Part shown: piece after piece, positions 19,601 to 28,164 of the stretch
Layout of the letters: each line of letters opens with the position of its first letter
How positions within the stretch are numbered: the stretch's first letter is position 1
DNA from: an uncultured Planctomycetaceae bacterium
GTDB taxonomy: Bacteria; Planctomycetota; Phycisphaerae; SM23-33
Direction of reading: 5' to 3'
Length of the DNA: 64,000 nt
Assembly: GCA_964557575.1 (NCBI GenBank)
Contig: CAZLBC010000012.1
Coordinates: forward strand, 17,400 to 81,399
Made by a program: the position numbers and the translations under genes
The notes under the pieces: generated by a model
Seen by the model: only the letters and a program-made list of their open reading frames with translations
What the model was told of the DNA's origin: nothing
Database searches by the model: none

Positions 19601-20774
19601 CCAGGCCGCCGCCGAAGCCGCCGTCGTCCGCCTGTTGAGACAGAAGCCACCTGAGCCCCCGTTTCGCCGCCCGCATGACAATACCCGGCTCGTCCCGGAC
19701 AACCGTACCCCAGGGCGATAACGTCCGGCCGCTTTTCGCCGGCAACAAACCGCCGGCGGCGGTGCCGCCGCCCCCCGCGGCACCCGCGGTGATCTTCGCG
19801 TATCGCTTCCGTTCGAAACCACCTTCTTCCAGGAGCTTCAGCACCTCCCGCCGGGACAGAACCGCATCCTTTCTGCGCACGTCATCCGGACCGGTTTCCC
19901 GCAGGTACCGCTCGTAGTATGAGGCCGCACGGCTGAGCGCCGTCCGTTTCGATATTCCCGAAGCATCGGCGCCGAGCTGCCGGTACCACCGGGCAAGCGC
20001 AAGGGCCTTGCCGGGGACGAGTTCGTCCACGTTGCGCGCGGCGAGCGGCACGTGCGTACGGATGGGTGCCGCGACATCGTCGTTCAGCAGGACCTCGGCA
20101 AGAGAGGGATCGTCCTTCAACAGGACGTACAGCAGGATGAGTTCCTCCCTGGCGGTTGTGTCTGCCGGATTCTTTTCGACCGCCGTCAGCAGTTGTCGGA
20201 ATTTTTTATCGAGCTTCAAATCACGACGCGTCGCGAATAACCGTTTTCTCAACGCGGCGGACCGCTTGCTCTGGACGCTCATCGAAAATCGCAGCGCCTC
20301 TTCGTAGGCGTCCACGGCTTCTTCAATATCACCGCCGGAAACCAGCATACGGCCCCGGGCAACCATGGCATCCAGTATCCGATTCGCGAGTGCCGACCGC
20401 TCGTCGGCGTCCCCCGAGGCTGAATACTTCAGACGCAGGAGGGAGATCCGCATCGTATCCCACGTGTTCGACCGCTCCGGGGCCAGTTTCTCCAGTTGGT
20501 CGAGGGCCCGCGACGCGAAGGGGTGCCCCGCGGGAGACTTCCTGCCGAAGGCGAATGCCTTTTCGAAAAAGAACACCCGGGCATCCCGATCATCCTCTAT
20601 GCTTTCGGCCGCCTCGATGAGCTTTTCCGCTTTTTCAGGATCGGTTTGTGCCCCTGCGACAAGACCGTCGGCGAGTTCGTCGAGTTCTTCCCGCCCGGTT
20701 GCCGCAAACACCGGGACGGAGACGCCCGGCAGCAGCAGGAGCACCAGGAGTTTAATCCGCGTATCTGGAAGCAT
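16692..20774 (-). CDS. Large secreted multi-domain protein: TPR-like N-terminal region, prenyltransferase/squalene-oxidase-like alpha/alpha-toroid repeats, DUF4159-like domain, NPCBM-like carbohydrate-binding domain and a disordered P/E/K/T-rich tail
   Basis: The start at 20774 gives the signal peptide MLPDTRIKLLVLLLLPGVSVPVFAA. QQADDGGFGG, KDGGWSYW and QAGSGSWQEG repeats are prenyltransferase-like. The C-terminal GIGVHAVSTLDYPL...VGLDD...GSVVFKVYID matches the NPCBM/NEW2 pattern. Confidence 0.7.
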   Translation of the reverse strand: MLPDTRIKLLVLLLLPGVSVPVFAATGREELDELADGLVAGAQTDPEKAEKLIEAAESIEDDRDARVFFFEKAFAFGRKSPAGHPFASRALDQLEKLAPERSNTWDTMRISLLRLKYSASGDADERSALANRILDAMVARGRMLVSGGDIEEAVDAYEEALRFSMSVQSKRSAALRKRLFATRRDLKLDKKFRQLLTAVEKNPADTTAREELILLYVLLKDDPSLAEVLLNDDVAAPIRTHVPLAARNVDELVPGKALALARWYRQLGADASGISKRTALSRAASYYERYLRETGPDDVRRKDAVLSRREVLKLLEEGGFERKRYAKITAGAAGGGGTAAGGLLPAKSGRTLSPWGTVVRDEPGIVMRAAKRGLRWLLSQQADDGGFGGGLGSSYEEYSLKIDKSGYKWKGRAVRRNLAGILKLKPEPRPGSVGMTSLAVLALFAGGMDLDDECVAKALEFLKTYDTYLVYSLGLRCKVWFVAESRAPGEYMKYFKHDARRLIYSIHRVKGGWDYSIWNDTCHNSTSQYGVLGVAAFGKGGGAVPKSFWSLVSRYWLKAQLKDGGWSYWPPFRKSEEEGKESYHAPRGSMSAAGLTSVLECLGFEDRQRYLACGVYEPPPVLAKGLQWFDDNFAGTLSGTVQAGPQRRLCYYLYGVQRAGLAAGRRYFGERDWYRAGAEVLFRKQAGSGSWQEGSLSETAFALLFLLDGGSPLVFNHLKRLGDWNNRPRALSNLLRWAGSRAKRRFARRIAEINTNDRWHDAPVLVITGARKPIILGKQIARLRNFAMEGGIIFSVAEGKNDGFEEGMRKIYAEAFPGCELKKVPPSHRVYLKPLAVDEKPALHMIHTGPRPLVIHCSTDLTKVWEQGFSRSNDSAFNVGFNLIDYISAGFEQLRPRFDSYWPRPAAREPRLTREVVVVEYGDEDTVARAVEALGRRLTVDEGVELAVKKVSLEKLRDCRTGPAIMAGTGAVLLSPSRSESLKEYIESGGTLVVNGAGGDRDFYLTMRKHLARMFGADASGTLTADAPIYTRAAAPLSAVGLRATAVERLGSLVPRPDVYEVAGRPAVLLSREDMTTGLLGCECRSVDGYTPETAYALMRNIVMVTSGADEKIAALDRAAREQYPPPDVHLSALSPLSAVSGRGTEPQADASVTGGPLRLAGRTYTEGIGVHAVSTLDYPLDPRYERFVATVGLDDGIRNAHLSENYIRGSVVFKVYIDSILLAESPVMKYSMVHHFNVAIPPESERIVLTVSNAGDTVIDDRANWVNAGFMVSKTRPPAAETAPGAHRPETVPAVQAKDGSENNTLEKKPATEKRLTPADSGAEKGASGGGTVKETPGAGKKETGEKKDDSGLPAWLTE

Positions 20775-20842
20775 GGCATATCCCCGATTGAAGCGTGGCC
20801 GGGTTCGCCGCGGGCATCGGGTTGCGCGACCGGACAACAGGT

Positions 20843-22198
20843 TCACTTGGACGGAAGCGGCCTTTTCGCCGTCTTTCCATTCTTCCGATCCCACGGCGAC
20901 GTCTTGACCGCCGGCTTCGTGGTGTCAACCGCCGGCAGCGGCGTATGGTTGTAAATATCCTTCAGTGACTTCGCGGTGCTCACGCTGCCGAAATCGGGAA
21001 CCACCGCCGTGACGACAACCCCCAGCGTTGCCGGATTTACCTGCGGGGGCAGTTGGCACCAGAAATCATGGACCTTGTTTCCCTTCACCGACATGCGCTT
21101 CTTGAGAATGGGCCGTCCGCCGGCGGTTATCGCAACGACCGGAACAAACTGCGGGTTCGCCGGGTTCCCGACGTGCGCGGCGGTATACATGCCGCCGCCG
21201 GCACCGCGCGCGTACATTGCGGACTTCACCTGTATCTTGCGCTTGTCCTGGTGAAAGCTTGCCTCAAAATCCAGAATAAACGGCGGTCCCATCCGCAATA
21301 GATTCTTCATGCCCGCCTGTATCGCGTACTGCACGGTCCCGCCCTCCGACGGCTGGATGACGGAACCGCCCCCGAGCAAACCGTAGGACAGCTTGTAGGT
21401 GCCCTCGGGGATACCGGTTTTCGCGCACCCCACGAGATCGAAAGCACCCTCCTTGCTCGCCAGGACCAGGCCCGTGAGCTGTGCGGCGGGTATCGGCGTT
21501 CCCACCAGGCCCACTTTTACATCGTCCAGCCGTTGGAACGCTATGGTCGAACCGTCCCCGGCGACGGTCAGCCGGTAAAAACGCTCCCCGATCCGGTGCA
21601 CCGAACGCAGGGGCAGCGTCAGCTTCGCATCGCCGATAATAATCCCGTCACCGCCCTTTTTCTGATTGTAGGTGCCGTTGAAATTCTCGTCGATCAGGTG
21701 AACCGGCACGCCGTTGATCGTGGCAGCCATGCTGCTCCAGGCCAGCACCTTTCCGTTGAACCGGTCCACGCCCTTCCCCGGTCCCCCGTAATGCATGCTT
21801 ATATTGAACAGCAACAGCGCGAAATCCCGCCCCCCCAGCTTCGTGGAAAACACCAGCCGACGGGTCGGGGGCACGCGCTGAAGCTCGTTGCGCTCGACCG
21901 TCCCGTTTTGATCGGCGTCGAGACCGACGAGGTAGACCCTCCCGTTGGTCCTGCCCTCAACGGTAACGAAATTCTCGCCGATCTTCACCGACGCCTTATT
22001 TCCGCTGGCCTTGAACTCGTCGGGCTCGATCGCCCACGACCGCATGATCACCTGTTGCTTGGGATCGAATGCATGGAAGGTGGTTTTGACGGTACCCCGC
22101 GCGCGATCCGGGGGGGCAGCGGCCTTTCCGCCCGCCGCGGCACACGCTTCCCCGCATACGATCACCGCGCACATCGAGCATATTATTGTGCGTCCCAT
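20843..22198 (-). CDS. Secreted hypothetical protein with an EF-hand-type calcium-binding loop
   Basis: Signal peptide MGRTIICSMCAVIVCGEACAAA and a canonical DxDxNGxVxxxE loop (LDADQNGTVERNEL). No other family was recognised. Confidence 0.55.
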   Translation of the reverse strand: MGRTIICSMCAVIVCGEACAAAGGKAAAPPDRARGTVKTTFHAFDPKQQVIMRSWAIEPDEFKASGNKASVKIGENFVTVEGRTNGRVYLVGLDADQNGTVERNELQRVPPTRRLVFSTKLGGRDFALLLFNISMHYGGPGKGVDRFNGKVLAWSSMAATINGVPVHLIDENFNGTYNQKKGGDGIIIGDAKLTLPLRSVHRIGERFYRLTVAGDGSTIAFQRLDDVKVGLVGTPIPAAQLTGLVLASKEGAFDLVGCAKTGIPEGTYKLSYGLLGGGSVIQPSEGGTVQYAIQAGMKNLLRMGPPFILDFEASFHQDKRKIQVKSAMYARGAGGGMYTAAHVGNPANPQFVPVVAITAGGRPILKKRMSVKGNKVHDFWCQLPPQVNPATLGVVVTAVVPDFGSVSTAKSLKDIYNHTPLPAVDTTKPAVKTSPWDRKNGKTAKRPLPSK

Positions 22199-22273
22199 AG
22201 TATTCTAAGTATATGCACTGGAGCGGCATATCGCCAGTGTTTTTTCAGCCGACGACACCCGCAGCACAACATC

Positions 22274-23302
22274 TCATACGCCCGCGGCGGACAGGGCAAC
22301 GAGCTTTCGGAGGACGGCCCCCGCAGCCCCGGAATCGATCGATTCGGCGGCCGCAGCCAGCCCGGCCTCCATTCCCGGTGCGTGACCCGCGACTACCAGC
22401 GCGGCGGCCGCATTCAGGAGGACGATATTCCTGCAGACCCCCCGTTCCCCGGCCATAACGCCACGGATGCGCGCCGCCGACTCCTCGGGGGAACGCACCG
22501 CGAGATCCGCCAGGGTCCCTTCCGCTATCCCGTAATCCGCGGGATTCAACGTCCACGTATCCACGGTACCGTCTTCGAGCCGGGCAATCGTCGTCGGCCC
22601 GGTCACCGATATCTCGTCCATGCCGTCGGCGCCGCACACCACCCACGCCCGCTCGGCACCGAGCCGGCACAGCACCTGCGCGAGTATCCCGGTCCACGCG
22701 GGGGAAAAAACCCCCATCAGAAAGTGCTTCGCCCCGGCCGGATTGGTCAGGGGCCCGAGGATGTTGAAAATAGTCCTGACCGGCAGCGCCTTCCGCACCC
22801 CCGCGACGTTTTTCATCGCCGGGTGGCACTGCCGCGCAAAGCAAAATCCCATGCCGGATTCCTCGATGCAGAGGGTGACCGTGGCGGCGGGTATCTCTAT
22901 GTTGACCCCGAGGGCCCGCAACACGTCGGCCGCCCCGCTCGACCGGGTATTCGTCACGTTGCCGTGCTTGGCAACTGTCGCGCCGGCGCCCGCGGCGACA
23001 AAACACGACGCGGTCGATACGTTGAACGTGCTGATGCCCGTCCCCCCCGTTCCCACGATATCGACAATCGGGCCCTCCCCGTCGAACACGATCCTCACGG
23101 CCGCGTCGCGCATGGCCCGCGCCGCGCCGGCTATCTCCGTGACCGCGTGTCCCTTTGCGGCAAGGGCCGCCAGCAGGGCGGCCATCCTGACCTCGCTCAG
23201 TTCGCCGCGCATCAGGCTGCCGAACGTCTCGAATGCCTCGTCTTCGGCAAGATCTTCTCCCGCAATAATCCTCTGAAGCAGTGTCCCATATTCAATGGCC
23301 AT
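22274..23302 (-). CDS. trpD: Anthranilate phosphoribosyltransferase
   Basis: The 342-aa product has GTGGTG, the KHGN motif and a full-length TrpD pattern. It stands alone with no other trp genes nearby. Confidence 0.9.
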   Translation of the reverse strand: MAIEYGTLLQRIIAGEDLAEDEAFETFGSLMRGELSEVRMAALLAALAAKGHAVTEIAGAARAMRDAAVRIVFDGEGPIVDIVGTGGTGISTFNVSTASCFVAAGAGATVAKHGNVTNTRSSGAADVLRALGVNIEIPAATVTLCIEESGMGFCFARQCHPAMKNVAGVRKALPVRTIFNILGPLTNPAGAKHFLMGVFSPAWTGILAQVLCRLGAERAWVVCGADGMDEISVTGPTTIARLEDGTVDTWTLNPADYGIAEGTLADLAVRSPEESAARIRGVMAGERGVCRNIVLLNAAAALVVAGHAPGMEAGLAAAAESIDSGAAGAVLRKLVALSAAGV

Positions 23303-23598
23303 GTACCACGCACTCCCTGTAAGCCGTTATGTCGGTCGGTAACGAACACGGGAAGCCGCTCCACCCGCATATCGGGCGTATTGTAAACAGCCCCTGATCG
23401 GCGGAAAAGGACAAATACGATTTTGTCGCAATATCACCCGTGACCGGTCGTTTTACCCTATCGAAAAGGATTGTAGGGCAATTCCCCTAATACTTGCGGT
23501 AAAATGGAAAAGCATTTGAGAAAAACGAAAAATTTTACTATTTCAGATGTCTTCGGACAGGACATGGGTATATAAATAAACAAGGAAGGAGATGTAAT

Positions 23599-23730
23599 AT
23601 GTATACAGTAAAGAAAAATCCTTCGCGTGTACCGAGTAGAGCAAAAGGCATGTCGGTGTTTGAGTTTATCTTGTCGATCCTGGTTATAGCAGTCGGGATC
23701 ACAACGGCAATCCGCTACGCCAGCATGTAA
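23599..23730 (+). CDS. 43-aa micro-protein with a prepilin-type cleavage motif (G then M-S-V-F-E with Glu at +5) and a single TM helix
   Basis: MYTVKKNPSRVPSRAKG|MSVFEFILSILVIAVGITTAIRYASM. AGGAAGGAG RBS lies 8 nt upstream, an intrinsic terminator lies downstream, and the gene sits in an AT-rich island directly upstream of a DUF1559 pseudopilin gene. It is not in the ORF track because it is below the size cutoff. Confidence 0.4.
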   Translation: MYTVKKNPSRVPSRAKGMSVFEFILSILVIAVGITTAIRYASM

Positions 23731-23873
23731 GGCAGCACTTGCGACAGCAAGAGCTTATATTTACTCGGTAATGTGTGGACGACACTAACAGCGCCTTTGT
23801 TTCAGAGGTTGTTTTCGTCTGTGTCATTCGTACAAACGCTCCCCGGCAACCTCTGATCAACGGCATACAGCAA

Positions 23874-23906
23874 TCCCCGGCCTTCCTGCGGGCCGGGGTA
23901 TTTTTT
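23874..23906 (+). terminator. Rho-independent terminator (8-bp GC stem CCCCGGCC/GGCCGGGG followed by a T7 tract)
   Basis: ccccggcc-ttcctgcg-ggccgggg-tattttttt is read directly, about 145 nt downstream of the micro-protein stop. Confidence 0.5.
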
Positions 23907-23975
23907 TGGAAGCGGAAAACCGGCGGGTCGCAGCGAGGCCGGGCAAAACATGTTGTGCGGGATCGAAAAAAACGC

Positions 23976-24004
23976 TTCAAATAAGGCGCTTAAAAACCTA
24001 TAAT
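23976..24004 (+). promoter_or_regulatory. Sigma70-like promoter (TTCAAA-17 nt-TATAAT) for the pseudopilin gene
   Basis: Consensus -10 and near-consensus -35 with 17-nt spacing, about 95 nt upstream of the ATG at 24100. Confidence 0.4.
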
Positions 24005-24099
24005 AAAAAAGGTTGGGAAACGTGAAAAAAATGCCCATTTCCCGCGGGAGAAAACCGCTGTACGCGGTCGCGCGAGAAGTCGTGAAAAGGAGTGCCGTC

Positions 24100-24924
24100 A
24101 TGAAAAAACGCGGGTTCACACTGGTCGAACTCATGGTCGTCATCGCGATCATCGCCCTGCTGCTGACGATGCTCATGCCCTCCCTTCACGACGCCATGAG
24201 CGGCGCACGGGACGCAATCTGCAAGTCGCAGCTCGGCGACTGGGGCAAGATCTGGTCGATGTACATTTCGGACAACGACGGGGATTTCAACCGGGGATGG
24301 GACGGACGATTCGGCGGCGAGGGTCAGCTCTGGATGACGCAGTTGCGGACATACTACCAGGACAACAAGGATCTGCTCTTGTGCCCGGAGGGTCAGGTTT
24401 CCATATTCGAAGCGGGCTTCACGCCCTTTTCGATGTGGGAACGAGCGGTGCCCTCCGGGGAGGGCGGACCGAAAATACCGGTCAAGAGCAGCTACACGAT
24501 CAACAATTGGACGAACGATATGACCGGCGACCGGGGGCATCGAAAGGAAGAGTGGTTCTGGAAGAGCCCGAAGGACACGCCCAAGCCCCACACCGTTCCC
24601 GTGTTCGCCGACGGCACCTGGAACGATGCCTGGCCGCTGCACAAAGACGTAGCACCGGAATACATCGACGGAGTCCCGCTGAATAATTTCGGCACACAAA
24701 ACGAAATGGGGCACTTCTGCATACCCCGCCACGGCGATTTCGAGGACGCGTGGGTCAACTGCCTCTTCATGAACTGGGGCGTCCGGCAGGTGCCCCTCAA
24801 GCAACTCTGGCAACTGAAGTGGCACCGCGATTTCAGTTTCGACCCCAGCGAAAACTACGGTATTGGCCGCCCAAACAGCGACTGGCCGAAGTGGATGCAG
24901 GAGCGGGAATGGGACCAGAAATAA
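24100..24924 (+). CDS. Prepilin-type N-terminal cleavage/methylation domain protein (type II secretion pseudopilin-like, DUF1559 family)
   Basis: MKKRGFTLVELMVVIAIIALL is the classic GFTLxE prepilin motif, with AAAGGAG RBS. The C-terminal DUF1559-like region is typical of PVC bacteria. The track's 24013 start is an upstream TTG. Confidence 0.8.
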   Translation: MKKRGFTLVELMVVIAIIALLLTMLMPSLHDAMSGARDAICKSQLGDWGKIWSMYISDNDGDFNRGWDGRFGGEGQLWMTQLRTYYQDNKDLLLCPEGQVSIFEAGFTPFSMWERAVPSGEGGPKIPVKSSYTINNWTNDMTGDRGHRKEEWFWKSPKDTPKPHTVPVFADGTWNDAWPLHKDVAPEYIDGVPLNNFGTQNEMGHFCIPRHGDFEDAWVNCLFMNWGVRQVPLKQLWQLKWHRDFSFDPSENYGIGRPNSDWPKWMQEREWDQK

Positions 24925-25009
24925 CCACGAGGCCATTGCCCGTGCCGACCACTTGTATCTCCACCTTCTCACCGGTATTATCCCCCCGTGCGCACGAAAG
25001 ACAATCGCC

Positions 25010-25432
25010 ATGACTGACAAGATGAAACTGCTGCTCCTCGCCGGGGGCGGCATCGCCGCCGCCGCCCTGCTGCTGATCACCGCGATCTTCTCCGGCGGGG
25101 ACGCCTCAACCGGCACTATCGACGACATCCCCGACGACGAACAGGTGTGGGTCAAGTGCACGAACCCGGACTGCGGCGCGGCCTACCGGACCGGCAAAAA
25201 GGCATTCTACCGGAAGGTCGCCGAAACGGTCCGGTCGAATCCCCGCGAGATTACCGGCCTGACGTGCGAGAAATGCGGGAGAGAAACACTGCAAGAGGCG
25301 ATCGAGTGCGCAAAGTGCGGCACCGTGTTCGCCAAGGGTGCGGTGCCCGGCGATTACGCCGATCGCTGCCCGAAGTGCGGCTTCAGCAGTATCGAGCAGG
25401 AGATGAAAGAACGCAAAAACAGAACGGAATAA
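25010..25432 (+). CDS. Membrane-anchored double zinc-ribbon protein
   Basis: N-terminal TM MKLLLLAGGGIAAAALLLITAIF, then four CxxC pairs (CTNPDCG, CEKCG, CAKCG, CPKCG) forming two zinc ribbons. Confidence 0.6.
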   Translation: MTDKMKLLLLAGGGIAAAALLLITAIFSGGDASTGTIDDIPDDEQVWVKCTNPDCGAAYRTGKKAFYRKVAETVRSNPREITGLTCEKCGRETLQEAIECAKCGTVFAKGAVPGDYADRCPKCGFSSIEQEMKERKNRTE

Positions 25433-25436
25433 GCCC

Positions 25437-25464
25437 TTGAGCGAACCGGCTTCGCCGGTATAAT
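25437..25464 (+). promoter_or_regulatory. Sigma70-like promoter (TTGAGC-16 nt-TATAAT) upstream of the basic micro-ORF and the Ser/Thr kinase
   Basis: Read directly in the intergenic DNA. Confidence 0.35.
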
Positions 25465-25520
25465 TCCCCTTCCGCCTGCACGGCATATCCCCGCAGACCG
25501 CACGAACCGAAAGGAACACG

Positions 25521-25661
25521 ATGGGCCAGAGAAGAGAACGGCTTGACCGCCGAAAGAAAAACCAGAAGAAAACACGCCTGAAAAACAGCGACCGGAAAAC
25601 GAAGGAACGCCGGCGGAAGGCGACCCGCGCCGCTGCCCGCGAACAGCGCATGTCGCAATAA
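25521..25661 (+). CDS. 46-aa extremely basic (Arg/Lys-rich) small protein, hypothetical
   Basis: MGQRRERLDRRKKNQKKTRLKNSDRKTKERRRKATRAAAREQRMSQ with AAAGGAAC RBS 5 nt upstream. It lies between the zinc-ribbon gene and the kinase gene. Low confidence that it is translated. Confidence 0.3.
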   Translation: MGQRRERLDRRKKNQKKTRLKNSDRKTKERRRKATRAAAREQRMSQ

Positions 25662-25722
25662 ACGACTGCATCCAGTACCGCGCGGTTCAGGCAGACCGCA
25701 CTCGGCGTGACAGTGAGCAGAA

Positions 25723-26907
25723 ATGGCCGAAGAATCAAAACAGAACGATTCCCCCGCGGCCGGCAGGTCCGAAAAAGACAGCGACACTGAAGCATCCCGG
25801 TCTCCCGAGCCGATCCCGGTAGACCCCGGCGACATTCCCGGCAACGACCCGGGAGCCGCCCCGCCCGTCGCCCGCCAGATTCCCGGCTACCAGATCCTCG
25901 CCAAGCTCGGCGCCGGCTCCATGGCCGCCGTGTTCAAGGCCCGGCAGTTGAGCCTCAACCGGATCGTCGCCATCAAGGTGCTGCCCCGGCAGCTCTCGGA
26001 AGACGAGGAATACGTCCAGCGGTTCTACAGCGAGGGTCGCGCGGCGGCGAAACTCAACCACCCCAATATCGTCGGGGCCTACGACGTGGGTGAACACGGG
26101 GGGTACCACTACTTCGTCATGGAGTATGTCGAGGGGAAAACGGTCGACGAAGAACTCAAGGCGGGCAAGGTGTATACCGACGGCGAGGCGCTCAGCATCA
26201 TACTCCAGGTCGCGCGGGCGCTGGATCACGCCCATCGGCAGGGCCTGATTCATCGCGACGTCAAGCCGAAGAACATCATGATCACGGAAGACGGCACGGC
26301 CAAGCTGATGGATATGGGGCTCGCGCGGGTCGCGGACGACGCCGACGCCATCAAGGCCGAATCCGGCCGCCTGTTCGGCACCCCCTACTACATCAGCCCC
26401 GAGCAGATACTGGGCTCGCAGGACGTCGATTTCAGGTGCGATATCTACTCGCTCGGGGCCACGCTGTATCACATGGTGACCGGCCAGGTTCCCTTCGAGG
26501 CCGAAGACGCCAAGCACGTGATGATCAAGCACGTGAAGGAAAAACCGGTGTCTCCCGACCGGCACAATATCGATATTTCCTTCGGCCTGTGCAAGACGAT
26601 CCTCCAGATGATGGCCAAGCACAAGGAACACCGCTACGACGCGACCGCCGACCTGATCGAAGACCTGCAGTCGATCGATTTCATGCTCGAGGTCGAGGAA
26701 GACAGGCCCGGGCCGATACCGACCGTGGAAACGAAAACATCATCGGGCGGCGTTTCAGGCGGCGCGGCAACTCCCGCCGCTCATCCCCTTCAAAGCCAGT
26801 CACAGATCGTATACCGGCCCAATCCCCTCAATACATACCTTATCCTGGGTTTGGTGCTGAGCGTCCTGGTGAACCTGGTGCTGATCCTCCTGTTGATGGC
26901 ACAATAG
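25723..26907 (+). CDS. Hanks-type serine/threonine protein kinase with a C-terminal TM anchor
   Basis: GAGSMAAVFKA...AIK, HRDVKPKNIM, DMGLAR, GTPYYISPE, then a C-terminal TM LILGLVLSVLVNLVLILLL. Confidence 0.9.
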   Translation: MAEESKQNDSPAAGRSEKDSDTEASRSPEPIPVDPGDIPGNDPGAAPPVARQIPGYQILAKLGAGSMAAVFKARQLSLNRIVAIKVLPRQLSEDEEYVQRFYSEGRAAAKLNHPNIVGAYDVGEHGGYHYFVMEYVEGKTVDEELKAGKVYTDGEALSIILQVARALDHAHRQGLIHRDVKPKNIMITEDGTAKLMDMGLARVADDADAIKAESGRLFGTPYYISPEQILGSQDVDFRCDIYSLGATLYHMVTGQVPFEAEDAKHVMIKHVKEKPVSPDRHNIDISFGLCKTILQMMAKHKEHRYDATADLIEDLQSIDFMLEVEEDRPGPIPTVETKTSSGGVSGGAATPAAHPLQSQSQIVYRPNPLNTYLILGLVLSVLVNLVLILLLMAQ

Positions 26908-27255
26908 CTCGCAGCGCGGGGCGTTAGGGCATATCAGGGACGGCACATCGGATCAGTGCGCCATCACGGTGAGAATTGCCATAACCACCCACACGGCCAC
27001 CAGCGTAATTTCCCAAACAACCAGGCCGGCTTTTGAACTCGATATCTTCATGCCGAATCCTTTCAGCTCCTCAGTCGCATTCCATCAACCCAGAAAGATA
27101 TACAATTGTCCTTTTCGACGCACGACAAGAACGATGCCGCACTATATACTATCGGACAGTTACAGCCGCCCGGATTAACACGATATACGGGGAAAAACAG
27201 CAGAACCGCTTCTGTGTTCTGGATCGCTGTTACTGTATAATAACATGAAGTTTTC

Positions 27256-27996
27256 ATGCAAGAAAAAAAAACTCAAAAACAGCCGTATTATCCGTCAATC
27301 GCAATCGCGCTGTTCCTGCTGTCCATTCAGGCGTGTCCTGCCGGAACCGAAACCGGCACGAAGAAAGATGACGGCGCAGCCGAGAGCAATCTCGACTACT
27401 GGCTGAAGCGGGCTGACGAAAAAAACTCGGGAGGCGACACGCCCGCACCGGCCGCGACTCCCTTCGGGAAAAAAAGGGAATTTTCACGGAAAGACGCCCT
27501 GCCGGGGGTTATTGCGTTCTCCGACGGCGCGGTGATCCCGGGCGGTATTTACACCACTGCCGATAAGGACTGGGAATTGTGGGTGGAAAAGTACAAGCGC
27601 TGGATTCGCATACCCCCCGCGGCGGTCCTGAGTATCACGGCAAAGATCGTGAAGGAATCAATGGAACTCCGCTGGAGATGGAAGGCGATGGGGGAACCCG
27701 AAAAGGTATACACCGGGGAAACATACCCCGTGAAAAGATTCCTGTGGGTATTTCACCTGGCCGACGGCACGTCCCTGACCGGCGCCATCAAGGGGCAGCC
27801 GGTGTGGGTTGAACCGGCGGGAGACGGCCCCACGAGACAGTCCGTTCTGCGGGAGCGCATGAAGGGTGACATCGGTGGTAAACTGACCGACCTTGTGTAT
27901 CCCGATACAATCGTCATCTCACGGAACACGATGGAAAAGTTGCTCTCCGAAGAGAACGCGGGCGAGAAAAAAGGCAGCGGTACGGCAGACCGCTGA
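27256..27996 (+). CDS. Hypothetical lipoprotein
   Basis: Signal/lipobox-like N-terminus (IALFLLSIQAC). No recognisable domain. Confidence 0.55.
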   Translation: MQEKKTQKQPYYPSIAIALFLLSIQACPAGTETGTKKDDGAAESNLDYWLKRADEKNSGGDTPAPAATPFGKKREFSRKDALPGVIAFSDGAVIPGGIYTTADKDWELWVEKYKRWIRIPPAAVLSITAKIVKESMELRWRWKAMGEPEKVYTGETYPVKRFLWVFHLADGTSLTGAIKGQPVWVEPAGDGPTRQSVLRERMKGDIGGKLTDLVYPDTIVISRNTMEKLLSEENAGEKKGSGTADR

Positions 27997-28164
27997 CGCT
28001 GTTTCCACGGTGGCCGGACACTTCCGGCGGCCGAAAAAACAAGGGTGTTCATTTTTTTATAAACCCCACGCAGGCATTATCTTATATCTCTTTATCGGAA
28101 AACCGGCACATCTTTGCGCTTGACAACTCCGAAATAAAACGAAAATGTGCCCCGCGAAGGGCGA

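Noticed and set aside
21533-23386. 617-aa plus-strand ORF across the EF-hand protein gene and trpD
   Set aside because: It is antisense to two confidently called genes and its translation is R/G/P/H-rich junk.
25735-26631. 298-aa minus-strand ORF opposite the Ser/Thr kinase
   Set aside because: It is antisense to a gene with clear Hanks-kinase motifs and has no features of its own.
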